64,000 nucleotides of DNA from a virus, in the IMG/VR virus record IMGVR_UViG_3300012964_000010, positions 32,001-96,000 of that record; one strand, given 5' to 3'. This document shows positions 10,096-19,989 of the stretch, piece by piece. Position 1 is the stretch's first letter. The number at the start of each line of letters is the position of its first letter. Below the pieces are notes generated by a model. The model worked only from the letters and a program-made list of their open reading frames with translations. It ran no database searches and was not told the DNA's origin. A program made the translations under genes and the position numbers.

Positions 10096-10358
10096 TTCAA
10101 ATACCCATTCTTAAATTTATCAATTGGTATAATCACAGAATCAATGCCTATTAACGGAATATATGAACTGTAGGAGTATGATCTTAATTCAGGAATTTCT
10201 TTGTCAGGGAACATTAATACAAATACGGTTGCATCTTCGCTATTCTCAAACGAGATATATGGATAGGCAAGTTCATATTTTCCGATGGGCCCAGTCTTTA
10301 ACCACTCCACAACACTTCCTGCGCAATATATTTTATTTCTAAGTGATATTACATTCAT
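10092..10358 (-). CDS. Small hypothetical protein (FENSEDATVFVLMF)
   Basis: Family motif. Confidence 0.6.
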   Translation of the reverse strand: MNVISLRNKIYCAGSVVEWLKTGPIGKYELAYPYISFENSEDATVFVLMFPDKEIPELRSYSYSSYIPLIGIDSVIIPIDKFKNGYLK

Positions 10359-10513
10359 AGTGAAAATTTTAATCTAAATGTTATTGCATCTTCGTCGTTT
10401 AGAAACTCTAATGTTTCTATATCGGAATCATACTTGATATTCTCTATACCCACATTCTCGATAATCCACTGGGCAACACCGGGCATACTAAATAACTCCG
10501 TTGTGATTTTCAT
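10355..10513 (-). CDS. 52-aa hypothetical protein missing from the ORF track (FLNDEDAITFRLKF)
   Basis: Manual translation; ATGA overlaps on both sides. Confidence 0.65.
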   Translation of the reverse strand: MKITTELFSMPGVAQWIIENVGIENIKYDSDIETLEFLNDEDAITFRLKFSL

Positions 10514-10722
10514 TCAGCATCCTTAATTAATAGTTCAACTTTAGTATATTTTCGTTGACCATTAAATTTAAACATGAATGCTATTGCATCTTCGTCGTAG
10601 AAAAACGTAACTTCATGGCTTGGCCAAATGTATACATATTCTCCTGGATTAATATTTTTCAACCAATCGAGTAATTCTGTATATAATACGTCTTTACCAA
10701 TAGTTACGGTTATTGGCATCAT
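10510..10722 (-). CDS. Small hypothetical protein (FFYDEDAIAFMFKF)
   Basis: Family motif. Confidence 0.6.
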   Translation of the reverse strand: MMPITVTIGKDVLYTELLDWLKNINPGEYVYIWPSHEVTFFYDEDAIAFMFKFNGQRKYTKVELLIKDAE

Positions 10723-11462
10723 AGTCTAGCTTGCTCTAATATCGATCTGATATAATCAACATCATCGCTCTTCTTAAGCTTTCTCATCCAAAATCCCGGA
10801 TCAATAATGTTTCCGATAATCTTTGCATGATCTTCGTTGAATCTTTCAATTAAATCGCCGCCAGAATTACACAAATATAAAACCCACGGGCTGACCTTGC
10901 CAGTGCGGATCATATGAGATGCTTCATTAGCGGATACATCGCGGAAAAAGGTATTAAAAGCAGTGCCATTGGCTGTTGTCCATTCTATGATCTCTGTAAT
11001 AGTTCTGTCTACAGCAGCAGTTGCTGGCTCCTTCTTAACCAAATCCTCGATATAGGTGTCGTAGACAAAGTCCTTTGTCCAATCTTTTAACTTTATACTA
11101 TTCTTGATTACGAAATCAATAAAAGCTTCTGGATATACTGGCTTAAGATTTGCAAGATGATTTCCGAATTTTACGAAATCAATATAATACGGACTATCGA
11201 TAAATTCTTGTGTAGTCTTTGGTTTCTTTGATGTAGCCGTGAGATCATAGAATCGCTGAAAAGTTCTAAAGCCAAATCGTGAGGCAACACTATCAATCTC
11301 CATATGTCGTCTCTTCTTAACACATAGATGAGTTGACAATGTGATTTCTTTGTGGAATTTTTTTCCGCAATACTTACATTCAAAGTTCTGAAGCATTATT
11401 TTGCTACTTTCCTTTAGTTTCGCCTTTGAAGATTTCTTTAATGGTTTTATCATCGAATGCAT
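10719..11462 (-). CDS. Conserved phage protein with C2HC zinc finger
   Basis: FECKYCGKKF...HLC; true start probably near 11397. Confidence 0.7.
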   Translation of the reverse strand: MHSMIKPLKKSSKAKLKESSKIMLQNFECKYCGKKFHKEITLSTHLCVKKRRHMEIDSVASRFGFRTFQRFYDLTATSKKPKTTQEFIDSPYYIDFVKFGNHLANLKPVYPEAFIDFVIKNSIKLKDWTKDFVYDTYIEDLVKKEPATAAVDRTITEIIEWTTANGTAFNTFFRDVSANEASHMIRTGKVSPWVLYLCNSGGDLIERFNEDHAKIIGNIIDPGFWMRKLKKSDDVDYIRSILEQARL

Positions 11463-12006
11463 TGTCTTTAAAATATCTTTCGAGTTCTTCTCTTGAATTT
11501 ATCTGTTGCAGTAATTCAAGTTCATCATCTTTTAACATAGGGTTGATCTTCAACAACGCTTCTTCTACTGGGTTCTTTTTTATACCCTTTGGTGCGGCAG
11601 GCCATACATGCTTTTCTCGCTTGCCAGTACCGGTAATAGCAAGTAACATCCATTCTAACTCCTTGTGGCTGTTAGACCCAAAAGAGTTTTCAGATTTTTG
11701 GGATCCGAGTGCGAGAGAATTTTCATTTACTATTGTATTTACAGTGATTATTTGATCTTCTGCACCTCGTTCAATAGAACTCATCCATCTTGTCAGTGTC
11801 CAGATAGAGATATCCTTTTTCTGTTCATCTGTGAGCATACTGTAATATTTTATGTCGCGTCGGTCAAGCGCTGGTAGAATATCTCCAAAAAGATCATTTT
11901 TAAATGCTTTCTTTCCAGTATCTTCCACTTGCTGTATTGTACTCGGATTCAATGCATGAAATTCATCGAGCCAATTTTCTAATTCATTACTCAAAGAGTG
12001 CTCCAA
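11404..12006 (-). CDS. Possible clamp-loader small subunit (gp62-like)
   Basis: RWMSS and HVW motifs; replication context. Confidence 0.45.
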   Translation of the reverse strand: MEHSLSNELENWLDEFHALNPSTIQQVEDTGKKAFKNDLFGDILPALDRRDIKYYSMLTDEQKKDISIWTLTRWMSSIERGAEDQIITVNTIVNENSLALGSQKSENSFGSNSHKELEWMLLAITGTGKREKHVWPAAPKGIKKNPVEEALLKINPMLKDDELELLQQINSREELERYFKDNAFDDKTIKEIFKGETKGK

Positions 12007-12490
12007 TATCGATAACTTCGGGTAACTTATTTACATCTTTAACAAATAGTGCGCAATTTGGATATGGTTTATCTTCTAATGGCACAACTAAGATATTACC
12101 GTGTTTCAGTTTAGGAAAAAACCATTTAACTTCAGAATACACGTTTGTAATCGTAACTTCTTTCGGCCTTGGTACCATATGCCTCAATGGGTTGAACACC
12201 ATTGTACAAAATCCTCTATCATTAAGACTCGTTAATGGCATGATTTCTAAATCGCTATATTCATTATCACACACCAGAATAGACCAGTCTAATGGCATCT
12301 GAATCTTATAATTGTCGATTTCAAGCACAACAGCTGGTGCATGAAAACTTTCAAGAAAAATTAATGGTATAAAAAAATAATCTGGATTCTTTGGATCAGA
12401 ATAATCGAGGACGCAGTAGCGAATGTCTTCTATCTCATTTGGTACCTTGTCGAGATTGTATGCCCTGTTTTCGTTTGTTAAAATATTCAT
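11987..12490 (-). CDS. Conserved hypothetical phage protein
   Basis: 167-aa ORF. Confidence 0.7.
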   Translation of the reverse strand: MNILTNENRAYNLDKVPNEIEDIRYCVLDYSDPKNPDYFFIPLIFLESFHAPAVVLEIDNYKIQMPLDWSILVCDNEYSDLEIMPLTSLNDRGFCTMVFNPLRHMVPRPKEVTITNVYSEVKWFFPKLKHGNILVVPLEDKPYPNCALFVKDVNKLPEVIDIGALFE

Positions 12491-12833
12491 CGAATTCCTT
12501 GTCTTTCTGTTTGTCTTTTTCTATACGTTTCTGTGTATCTTCTGCCAGTTGTTGTTCTCTTATAGTAGCTGGTTGTAATTCCCATGGACTGACGCCGCAT
12601 TTTAGGAGATAATCATCGAGCATATTCTTAAATCCCGAATGTCTCATCGACATATAGATAATAGCAGAAGAGGTGTCATCATCATTGTATTCTATTTCGA
12701 TTACCTTATGATAGAATAGTCCCATCTGTTTGTCACTTTCTCTTACAATTACATTCGGTAATTCGTTTGCTTGAAAGAATATTTTTATTAATTCTATATG
12801 AACTATTGATAAATCTGTCTGTATTACTGTCAT
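12435..12833 (-). CDS. Hypothetical protein
   Basis: ORF in operon. Confidence 0.55.
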   Translation of the reverse strand: MTVIQTDLSIVHIELIKIFFQANELPNVIVRESDKQMGLFYHKVIEIEYNDDDTSSAIIYMSMRHSGFKNMLDDYLLKCGVSPWELQPATIREQQLAEDTQKRIEKDKQKDKEFDEYFNKRKQGIQSRQGTK

Positions 12834-13120
12834 ATTATATTTCCATATACTGTACCTGCTGAGATTTCTCGTAAAGTATTTCTGTAATGCCTGAATGCGT
12901 TTTCTAGACTGCCATGCTTTAGTGTTATATATGTTAAATTGGATACAATATCTTCATTTGTATCAGTATAGGCATAACATATAAAATGCTCCAATTGAAA
13001 ATTATTTCGACGTATATCATAAGAACCGACATTTACATCTTTCATATCGTTTGCCTCAAGGAAGAATTTAAATTCTCTTGTCTCAATTACAGATATGTTA
13101 GTTCTGATACTATGCATCAT
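12830..13120 (-). CDS. Hypothetical protein
   Basis: ORF in operon. Confidence 0.55.
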   Translation of the reverse strand: MMHSIRTNISVIETREFKFFLEANDMKDVNVGSYDIRRNNFQLEHFICYAYTDTNEDIVSNLTYITLKHGSLENAFRHYRNTLREISAGTVYGNII

Positions 13121-13122
13121 GA

Positions 13123-14583
13123 TTAGTAATTTATTTTGTCGATCGTAAACGGATATTCGGCTTCTTTGTAAAACTTTTTTCGTTTGGTTAGGTGACTCTT
13201 ACTATATTTGCAATTTGAACAAACATCATAGACATTTACAAAATCTTTGTCTGGTGCAACACGAATTCCACGACCAATACTCTGAATTACCCTTACGAAA
13301 CTCTTGCCTGCTTCGAACAAAATTAAATTAAAGATACGAACAATGTTGATACCCGTTGATGCTACACCGTATGTAGCAATAATAACCTTACCATCAACTT
13401 CCTGAACTTCCTTATATTCTTCTTTTCTGTCTTTTGATTTCATTTTGCCAGATACAAATATCGAATCTGGTATAAGTGATTGTAGCATTTCTCCAGTCTC
13501 AACACGATCAACCAAAATAAGAGTATTGCCAGATTCGGAAATCGTTATAGCCTCCTTTGCGAGATACTCTAATCGTTTCTTATTTGTAGTTAACCATTTT
13601 AATTCAGTCTGATAATTACCGGATGCTGCCGAACCCACATCCTGCAATTGCCAGACATTAATATGCAATTTAGCCAGAATACCCTTCTCTTGCAATTCTT
13701 TTGTATTAATCTTTCCAAGCATTGGACCAATACAAGCTCTTACACCGACCTTATCAGCTTCCTCTTCGGGCATTGTTCCGGTTAGTCCCCACCTAATAGG
13801 TGCATTCGATAAGTAAGTCGACAAGAGTTTTCGTAAAACGTCGGCTTTGGCCTTGTGCACTTCGTCCACGATAACGCAAACTACGCCCTCGAAGAAATCG
13901 GTTATACTTACTTCCAATTCTTCCTCTTTTGAACGTTTTGATAGACTTTCTAAACTTTGCCATGTGCATATGGTATGGGTTTTGCCATACTCCTTTCTGT
14001 CTCCGAAAAATACACCCACATCTAAGCCCATGTTGATGTAATCTTCTTCGGTTTGTGTAACCAAATCCTTAGTAGGCACAATTACGATACTGCGGCCATA
14101 TGGTTCTATCTTATGACTTAAAATCGCTGTAATTATGGTCTTTCCTGCACCTGTAGGGGCAATATTAATACCGGTAATGTTCTCTAAGTAAGAATTAATA
14201 ACATCGATTTGATGATCTTTAATTTTAATAGATTGCCCGGCAAGTGGATGACCCTCGGGCCATTTAATATGGCTATAGCTATCTTCATCGACTAAATCAA
14301 ACTCAAAATTCTGCGCAGATTGACGACGATCATCAATTTCGACTTCGTATCCGTGTTGCTGAACAATGGGTAGAAGAATATCAAGGAGGTTTAAATAAGA
14401 ACGAGCGCCAACATCACAGAAGCTCATGGTGCCATCCCATCGTCCCAACCGAAATGCCGGCGTGTGACGGGCATATGGTAACACAAACTTCAAGGAATCA
14501 ACCATCTTACGCCTGCACGCCGGGTCGAGCCCATCTATCTTGATATTTACTTCATCTTGAATAATTAATTTTGCTATTGCCAT
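13123..14583 (-). CDS. uvsW: SF2 DNA helicase (UvsW-like)
   Basis: APTGAGKT, DEVH, QSIGRGIR. Confidence 0.92.
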   Translation of the reverse strand: MAIAKLIIQDEVNIKIDGLDPACRRKMVDSLKFVLPYARHTPAFRLGRWDGTMSFCDVGARSYLNLLDILLPIVQQHGYEVEIDDRRQSAQNFEFDLVDEDSYSHIKWPEGHPLAGQSIKIKDHQIDVINSYLENITGINIAPTGAGKTIITAILSHKIEPYGRSIVIVPTKDLVTQTEEDYINMGLDVGVFFGDRKEYGKTHTICTWQSLESLSKRSKEEELEVSITDFFEGVVCVIVDEVHKAKADVLRKLLSTYLSNAPIRWGLTGTMPEEEADKVGVRACIGPMLGKINTKELQEKGILAKLHINVWQLQDVGSAASGNYQTELKWLTTNKKRLEYLAKEAITISESGNTLILVDRVETGEMLQSLIPDSIFVSGKMKSKDRKEEYKEVQEVDGKVIIATYGVASTGINIVRIFNLILFEAGKSFVRVIQSIGRGIRVAPDKDFVNVYDVCSNCKYSKSHLTKRKKFYKEAEYPFTIDKINY

Positions 14584-14600
14584 TTTACATCTATCTTATT

Positions 14601-14906
14601 TTATTTTCGAACCTTAGTCTCTTTATGCATACGAATATCAATCTTTGTTTTGCCCTTATAGATATGAATTCTATCATGCAATATCTCAACAGAACGATCC
14701 TTGTCAGCAAAGACTGAATCGGTGTAGATATAACTTGTTTCATATTCTCCATCGGCACAGCCATCGATTACCGGATCTGTCTCAAACCCGTGTTTATCCA
14801 AACCTGCGGTTCTTATATGATCTGGTATCCCAACAAAGGTGCGATTACCATAAACAATTTCATATAAACTATTGTTAATCTTTTTAACTTTTATTTTCAT
14901 AAACAC
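14601..14906 (-). CDS. Hypothetical protein
   Basis: ORF. Confidence 0.5.
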   Translation of the reverse strand: MFMKIKVKKINNSLYEIVYGNRTFVGIPDHIRTAGLDKHGFETDPVIDGCADGEYETSYIYTDSVFADKDRSVEILHDRIHIYKGKTKIDIRMHKETKVRK

Positions 14907-14948
14907 GCTATCCAGAATATAATACAGATTCCAATGAATCTTTAAAAT

Positions 14949-15410
14949 TTACAAACTCGCATCATCCAAACCTGCTGCACGCAGTTTAATAATATGCCCA
15001 GTCATGAAATTTTTTGTTTCAAGGGCCTTACTAATTGCAAGGTACTTGTTTCTTAACAAAGCTACCTCATTTACGAGTATCGTGAAATCAACAATGCTCT
15101 TAACACCGTCGACGTACTTTTCAGCATCTCGTGAACTAAGTGTCTTATTGTATGCTTCTAAGAATTTCTTAAATTCAATAGACCTGTCCTTGCGTAGTCG
15201 AATATTAAGATATTCAAGAATTGCCTCAATCTCTTGCAATTGAGAAAACCGTTGTTCAACAATACCGGGTAATTCTGCGGCATGTTTCTCTAAGCTTTTT
15301 CCCTTCAAAGATAACTCCCGGCGAGCTGTTATAAGCTCGCCTTCGAAGTAATCTATAAAGTCGGGTATTAAGCTAATGTCACCTGTTACTTTGTAGTACC
15401 AAGAACTCAC
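14949..15410 (-). CDS. uvsY: Recombination mediator (UvsY-like)
   Basis: Helical; AEKYVDG and IKLRAAG motifs; between uvsX and uvsW. Confidence 0.75.
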   Translation of the reverse strand: MSSWYYKVTGDISLIPDFIDYFEGELITARRELSLKGKSLEKHAAELPGIVEQRFSQLQEIEAILEYLNIRLRKDRSIEFKKFLEAYNKTLSSRDAEKYVDGVKSIVDFTILVNEVALLRNKYLAISKALETKNFMTGHIIKLRAAGLDDASL

Positions 15411-15573
15411 TTATTCACCTTACATCATTCAGCAGTTTTCTGCTCTTTTAGAGCATCTGCTACAATCTGTTCAATGATATCTACTAATCTATGTGTGGTA
15501 CCATCTTCAAGTTTTACGAATACTTCGTAACCCCGTTCTTTGTCAAATATACTTAGACCGATATCAGTAAATT

Positions 15574-15939
15574 TCATAAATTATGTACTCTTTTAATTGC
15601 CATCTCAATTGCATGAATTAATAAAACTGCCTTCTGAGTTCTATTCATCGTTGCTACTCTTCTAATTGTGAGTAAACGAGGAGGGACACTTAGGTCTTCT
15701 GCCAGGGCCTTATGTACCTTGGTCAGATTTACTGGCTCAGTAATCCACAGAACGTAGTCGACACCCACAGTCACATCTTTCATACTTTCTCTGAACTGTT
15801 GGACTTGCGCAAGTGATTGTTGAGCATCCTTACTCTTAATAGTGTTAAGTAACAATGATCCGATATCAGAAAGACTCGTCATCGAAATCCTCTTCTTCAT
15901 AATCAAGTGGATCACCAATGTGGCTTCTGACAGCAGCAC
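15574..15939 (-). CDS. Hypothetical protein
   Basis: ORF (start probably MTSLSD). Confidence 0.55.
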   Translation of the reverse strand: MLLSEATLVIHLIMKKRISMTSLSDIGSLLLNTIKSKDAQQSLAQVQQFRESMKDVTVGVDYVLWITEPVNLTKVHKALAEDLSVPPRLLTIRRVATMNRTQKAVLLIHAIEMAIKRVHNL

Positions 15940-16105
15940 GAAGTTCTTTGTCTAAGTCTTCGTCCATGAGGTCGTCATCAACCTTGCCGAATTCGTCAAA
16001 GACAACAACAAGGATGTCTGCCACTTCTAATCTTTCTTTTGGTGGAATATGAGATTTAATTCTTGCCCATAATTCAATGATTAATTCATTATTTTCATTT
16101 ACCAT
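15866..16105 (-). CDS. Small acidic hypothetical protein
   Basis: ORF coupled to uvsX. Confidence 0.65.
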   Translation of the reverse strand: MVNENNELIIELWARIKSHIPPKERLEVADILVVVFDEFGKVDDDLMDEDLDKELRAAVRSHIGDPLDYEEEDFDDESF

Positions 16106-17192
16106 CGTATGTCTCCTCTACTACCACAGGCTTCTCTACATCATCAACAAGCACAACCTTGAAATCATCATGTGTGAATTCATCCATAACAACTTTCATT
16201 TTTTCAATATCATTCCATTCTTTGCGGAAATACTTCATTTCTTCCCCTGTGCGCTTAGAGATGTATTTATAACGATTGCCTTCTTTTGTTAAGACTCCTG
16301 ATTTTTCAAACAAGTCAAACAAACCCGAGATTGGGTTCATTCCAGTTTCCCATGGAATGTCAATCTTAATGGATTCGAAAGGTTTTGCATAACGCGTTTT
16401 TACAACCTTACAGGTTGCTCGAATGCCATTAACTTCACTGGTCTTGTTACCATCCTCGTCCTCTTTTAGCTTATATTTGCGCATTGCAACAACAATACTC
16501 GAAGCAAAAATGAAACCAGATCCGCCAGAGATCTTATCATCGGGATCAAACATATCCTGACTGGCATATGTGTGATTTGTAACTACCATACCGATATTTA
16601 GATCACCGAACATATTTACACAGTTCGAGACAAAAGCCTTTAATTGCTTTGCTTTTCGACCCATGTCGCCCTTCATGTCACCGGCCTGAAACTGATTGAC
16701 CTCAGTTGGTGTTAATAACATACCAATCGAATCAATAATGAATAAGATTTTGGGACGCTGCTCTCTCGGTATGTCCAAGTAATTGGCTTTGTATTCAGTA
16801 ACAAAATCGCTAACAATCTTAGCCACATCATCTATCATGGAGGCAGTAATGCGAAGCATTTTATCTTCCTCAGTAGATACATCTAAGTTTGCAAGCCATG
16901 CTTCATCGAGCGCATTTTCTGTATCAATCATGACAACAAAAATGCCTTGTTCCTGCGCTGCTTTTGCAATATTTCCGGACACAATATAAGATTTGCCGGC
17001 GCCGGATTCGCCTGCAAATACCGTTACCTTACCCATCGGGATTCCTCTATTAAAATCACCGCTAATAAGATAATTTAATCCATAAGATCCTGTACTAACC
17101 CATGTGTCTGGGTCATTGAATCCTGTGGAGATACCTGTAATGTTTTTTGTTAAGTTCTTACGGAACTTACTTATGTCAAATGCTTTGGCCAT
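16095..17192 (-). CDS. uvsX: RecA-like recombinase (UvsX)
   Basis: GESGAGKS, IDTENA, IIDSIG, SGGSG. Confidence 0.93.
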   Translation of the reverse strand: MAKAFDISKFRKNLTKNITGISTGFNDPDTWVSTGSYGLNYLISGDFNRGIPMGKVTVFAGESGAGKSYIVSGNIAKAAQEQGIFVVMIDTENALDEAWLANLDVSTEEDKMLRITASMIDDVAKIVSDFVTEYKANYLDIPREQRPKILFIIDSIGMLLTPTEVNQFQAGDMKGDMGRKAKQLKAFVSNCVNMFGDLNIGMVVTNHTYASQDMFDPDDKISGGSGFIFASSIVVAMRKYKLKEDEDGNKTSEVNGIRATCKVVKTRYAKPFESIKIDIPWETGMNPISGLFDLFEKSGVLTKEGNRYKYISKRTGEEMKYFRKEWNDIEKMKVVMDEFTHDDFKVVLVDDVEKPVVVEETYDGK

Positions 17193-17209
17193 AGGTTTTC
17201 CTTAGAGTA

Positions 17210-17238
17210 GATAGGGCAGGTGTTTGACCTGCCCTATA
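17210..17238 (-). terminator. Hairpin between gp32 and uvsX
   Basis: atagggcagg-tgtttga-cctgccctat. Confidence 0.55.
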
Positions 17239-17246
17239 GTTGCTTA

Positions 17247-18296
17247 TTACTTGTTTCGATTGCGAAGCATTGCAAGAATTTCTTGCGGAGACTTACCAGC
17301 TGGTGCTGTTGTCTGACCTACAAGTTCCTTGGTAACAGTTTCTTTAATCGGATGAAATGTTTCTTCAGCTTCCTCGACGTCAGCTTCCTGTACAGGGGCT
17401 GGTCTTGCAACTGGTGCAGCTACCGGACGTGGAACAGGTACCGAACGTGTAACACGACGGCCTTCCCCACCTTCTCCATCATCACTGCTGGATGACGAAT
17501 CAAATCCAAATGGCTTGTAATATTGACTCCATTGTTTCGGGTCATATAACTCGCCCTCAAGAGACGCCTGGAACATCTCAAACATTGCTGTCATCTGCTC
17601 ATCTGTGGGTCTCTTTGGCAGGTATGTAGAAAGATCTACTAAACCGTGCTGGTCAATTGCTGCAAGCTGGTCTTCCGTAAGACTGGATTCCTTACGTGCC
17701 CACTTTGATGTACCATAATCAGCAAAACCGCCTTTGCTTGTCTTTGCAACAATAAAGTCAGTGCCATTGATGTAATCAACTGGGTTGTAGACCATATCTG
17801 GATCCATCAAGGCAGCTTGAATAATCTTAAAGATTTGTGGGCCAATGATAAATTTACGGATTGGATTTTCAGGCGGATCTTGTTCGCCCATTGCATCTTG
17901 TTTCACAAAACCTTGTGCATAGTAGGTTTTCTTGACCCAATATTTACGTGCAATATCTTCCAGTGCTTTGTCCTTCCACATTGGACGGACTTCGTTTAAG
18001 ATAGGGCAGGTATTCTTACCGTCCCACATTTCGATACAAGGAACTTGTACAACCACTGGCTTATTTTCGTCGTGTCCTTTAATACCGGGAAATGGTAATT
18101 TAATAAGTTGACGTTCTGCCCAGAAAAAAGTATTATCTTTATTTCCGTCAGGTAAGAGTCTAAGGATTGATTGTGTGCCTTCCGGGATGTTCCAGTGTGC
18201 ATAAGTTGTCTTATCGTTACTGAATCCACCTGAACCACCTCTGCGTGATTCCATAGCTTGAAGTTTCTTTCTGATTTCGTCTAGGGTTTTCGACAT
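17247..18296 (-). CDS. 32: Single-stranded DNA-binding protein (gp32-like)
   Basis: LRLLPD, CPIL, DYINGTDF, ADYGTSKW; upstream of uvsX. Confidence 0.88.
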   Translation of the reverse strand: MSKTLDEIRKKLQAMESRRGGSGGFSNDKTTYAHWNIPEGTQSILRLLPDGNKDNTFFWAERQLIKLPFPGIKGHDENKPVVVQVPCIEMWDGKNTCPILNEVRPMWKDKALEDIARKYWVKKTYYAQGFVKQDAMGEQDPPENPIRKFIIGPQIFKIIQAALMDPDMVYNPVDYINGTDFIVAKTSKGGFADYGTSKWARKESSLTEDQLAAIDQHGLVDLSTYLPKRPTDEQMTAMFEMFQASLEGELYDPKQWSQYYKPFGFDSSSSSDDGEGGEGRRVTRSVPVPRPVAAPVARPAPVQEADVEEAEETFHPIKETVTKELVGQTTAPAGKSPQEILAMLRNRNK

Positions 18297-18409
18297 GATA
18301 TATTTTCCTTTAATTTGATATAATTCAAACGCTATTATTTGAGCTGCGATCTACTCGGGTCACGTTAGTCCCTTTCGCATCTTACCTGCTAAGGTCTTCG
18401 TATGCAGCT

Positions 18410-18438
18410 ATTGTACGAAAACCATCTGTGTATGTCAA
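18410..18438 (-). promoter_or_regulatory. Sigma70-type promoter of gp32
   Basis: TTGACA-N17-TACAAT. Confidence 0.75.
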
Positions 18439-18445
18439 GAACTTC

Positions 18446-19945
18446 TTAGAAGAAGTTCATTGTATATTTATCAAAAAACGATTCAAGATCGGATGATTCC
18501 TTGATATCTTTTCGATTGCCTTCGGCAGAATCTTCTATCTTAACATTCTCAAATACCTGTGAAAGAACAGCACGTTCAAATTGGTTGACTGCCCCTTCTT
18601 TGCACAATTTTGTGCCAATTTTGTTAATGAATCCAGCAAGCTCATCATTTTCGACAATACGCAATGCAAGTTCGCTGATCTTAAATCCTAAACGAGCATT
18701 ATCGCTCGCGAATTCAAACATCGGTGTTGTATTTATTGATTCACGACGTAGAGTAATTACATTTCCGGCAGCTTCTTCAATGCGCTTGAAGTATGTATCT
18801 TTCTCTAAAACCAATTGTTTAACAATAGGTAGAACTTCTTCAAACTTCTCATCAAAACGGCGAATAGTAAAAAGATCTTTTAATTGGCTTGTATCATCCT
18901 CAGATAGTGGTTCACGCTCAAATGTTTCCAATCGTGCTTTTACTGTTTCGTATGTTCTTGAACCAGAAATCTTCTTTAATTCAGTCTTAAGTGTTTGAAT
19001 ATTCTCTTTAACTGTTTCAACGATACCAGAACTATCTTCATTAATGAGCTTATTGGTTGTTACATAACGGTTGAACGATTGGAGCTTTAATAGTTGATCA
19101 GTGCTTTCGGCAATGTAGGCACCGACCTTGTCGCCCATTGTTCCACCGTGAGCTAAGTGTTGAGCCATTGCTCTCGCGCCTGGCAGATAGTTGTGTGGGA
19201 AACGGAATCGTTCGCCGTTGCATTCAAGGAAAATCGCACTAATATGTCGTGTGCGTGAACCACGCACACTCTCGTCTACTGGTGTTTTGTGACGAACTAA
19301 AATTCTTACATTTTCCAATGTTTGTTGCGATGTCTTTAAAGAGCCAAACATCTTGCTGAAGCTTTCCATAATTGCCTCATCGATAGAAACAATATACATA
19401 GGACTTCCGGAAGGATCGGTACCCTGAACTGTAAGTTTGCCATCCTGAACTAATTTATTTAATGACTTTTGCAAATCAACTCTATTGCTGCCCGGCACTT
19501 CTTGCAATAATTCTTCGATTGTGCTTGTATCTCCATGCTTGGTCATTACATACATGATTTGGCCCATTAAGTGGCTGTTTACATTTACATTCTCGTTCAT
19601 TGCGGGTTCCTTTTGCATTTTTGCCTGATATGCATAATCTCGTGGTTGAATAGATTTTCCAAACACCTTAATGTTTGAGTTCATCAGGAATTCATCGGCA
19701 AGCTTGCGCACATTTTTCTGCAATCCTGCAACATCTGTTTCATCAACGGTTGCACCCTTACTGAACTCGATACAATTATCATCTTCGTTAACTGTAACCA
19801 TAATATTTGGACTGGTAACAAAAAATCTGCGACCAATAGACGGATCAGTGACCTCATTGCCGTCAACATCAAAGATCTTAATTTTTAAACCATTACCCTT
19901 TAATAGTGAAAATATTTTCTCAGCAAGGGTGTCCATTTCTACCAT
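18446..19945 (-). CDS. Conserved jumbo-phage protein with an inserted winged-helix-like segment
   Basis: 499-aa ORF; late promoter at ~19967. Confidence 0.7.
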   Translation of the reverse strand: MVEMDTLAEKIFSLLKGNGLKIKIFDVDGNEVTDPSIGRRFFVTSPNIMVTVNEDDNCIEFSKGATVDETDVAGLQKNVRKLADEFLMNSNIKVFGKSIQPRDYAYQAKMQKEPAMNENVNVNSHLMGQIMYVMTKHGDTSTIEELLQEVPGSNRVDLQKSLNKLVQDGKLTVQGTDPSGSPMYIVSIDEAIMESFSKMFGSLKTSQQTLENVRILVRHKTPVDESVRGSRTRHISAIFLECNGERFRFPHNYLPGARAMAQHLAHGGTMGDKVGAYIAESTDQLLKLQSFNRYVTTNKLINEDSSGIVETVKENIQTLKTELKKISGSRTYETVKARLETFEREPLSEDDTSQLKDLFTIRRFDEKFEEVLPIVKQLVLEKDTYFKRIEEAAGNVITLRRESINTTPMFEFASDNARLGFKISELALRIVENDELAGFINKIGTKLCKEGAVNQFERAVLSQVFENVKIEDSAEGNRKDIKESSDLESFFDKYTMNFF

Positions 19946-19989
19946 GATTAAATTCCTTATTATGCTTATTTATCTAATTTTGATGAAAA

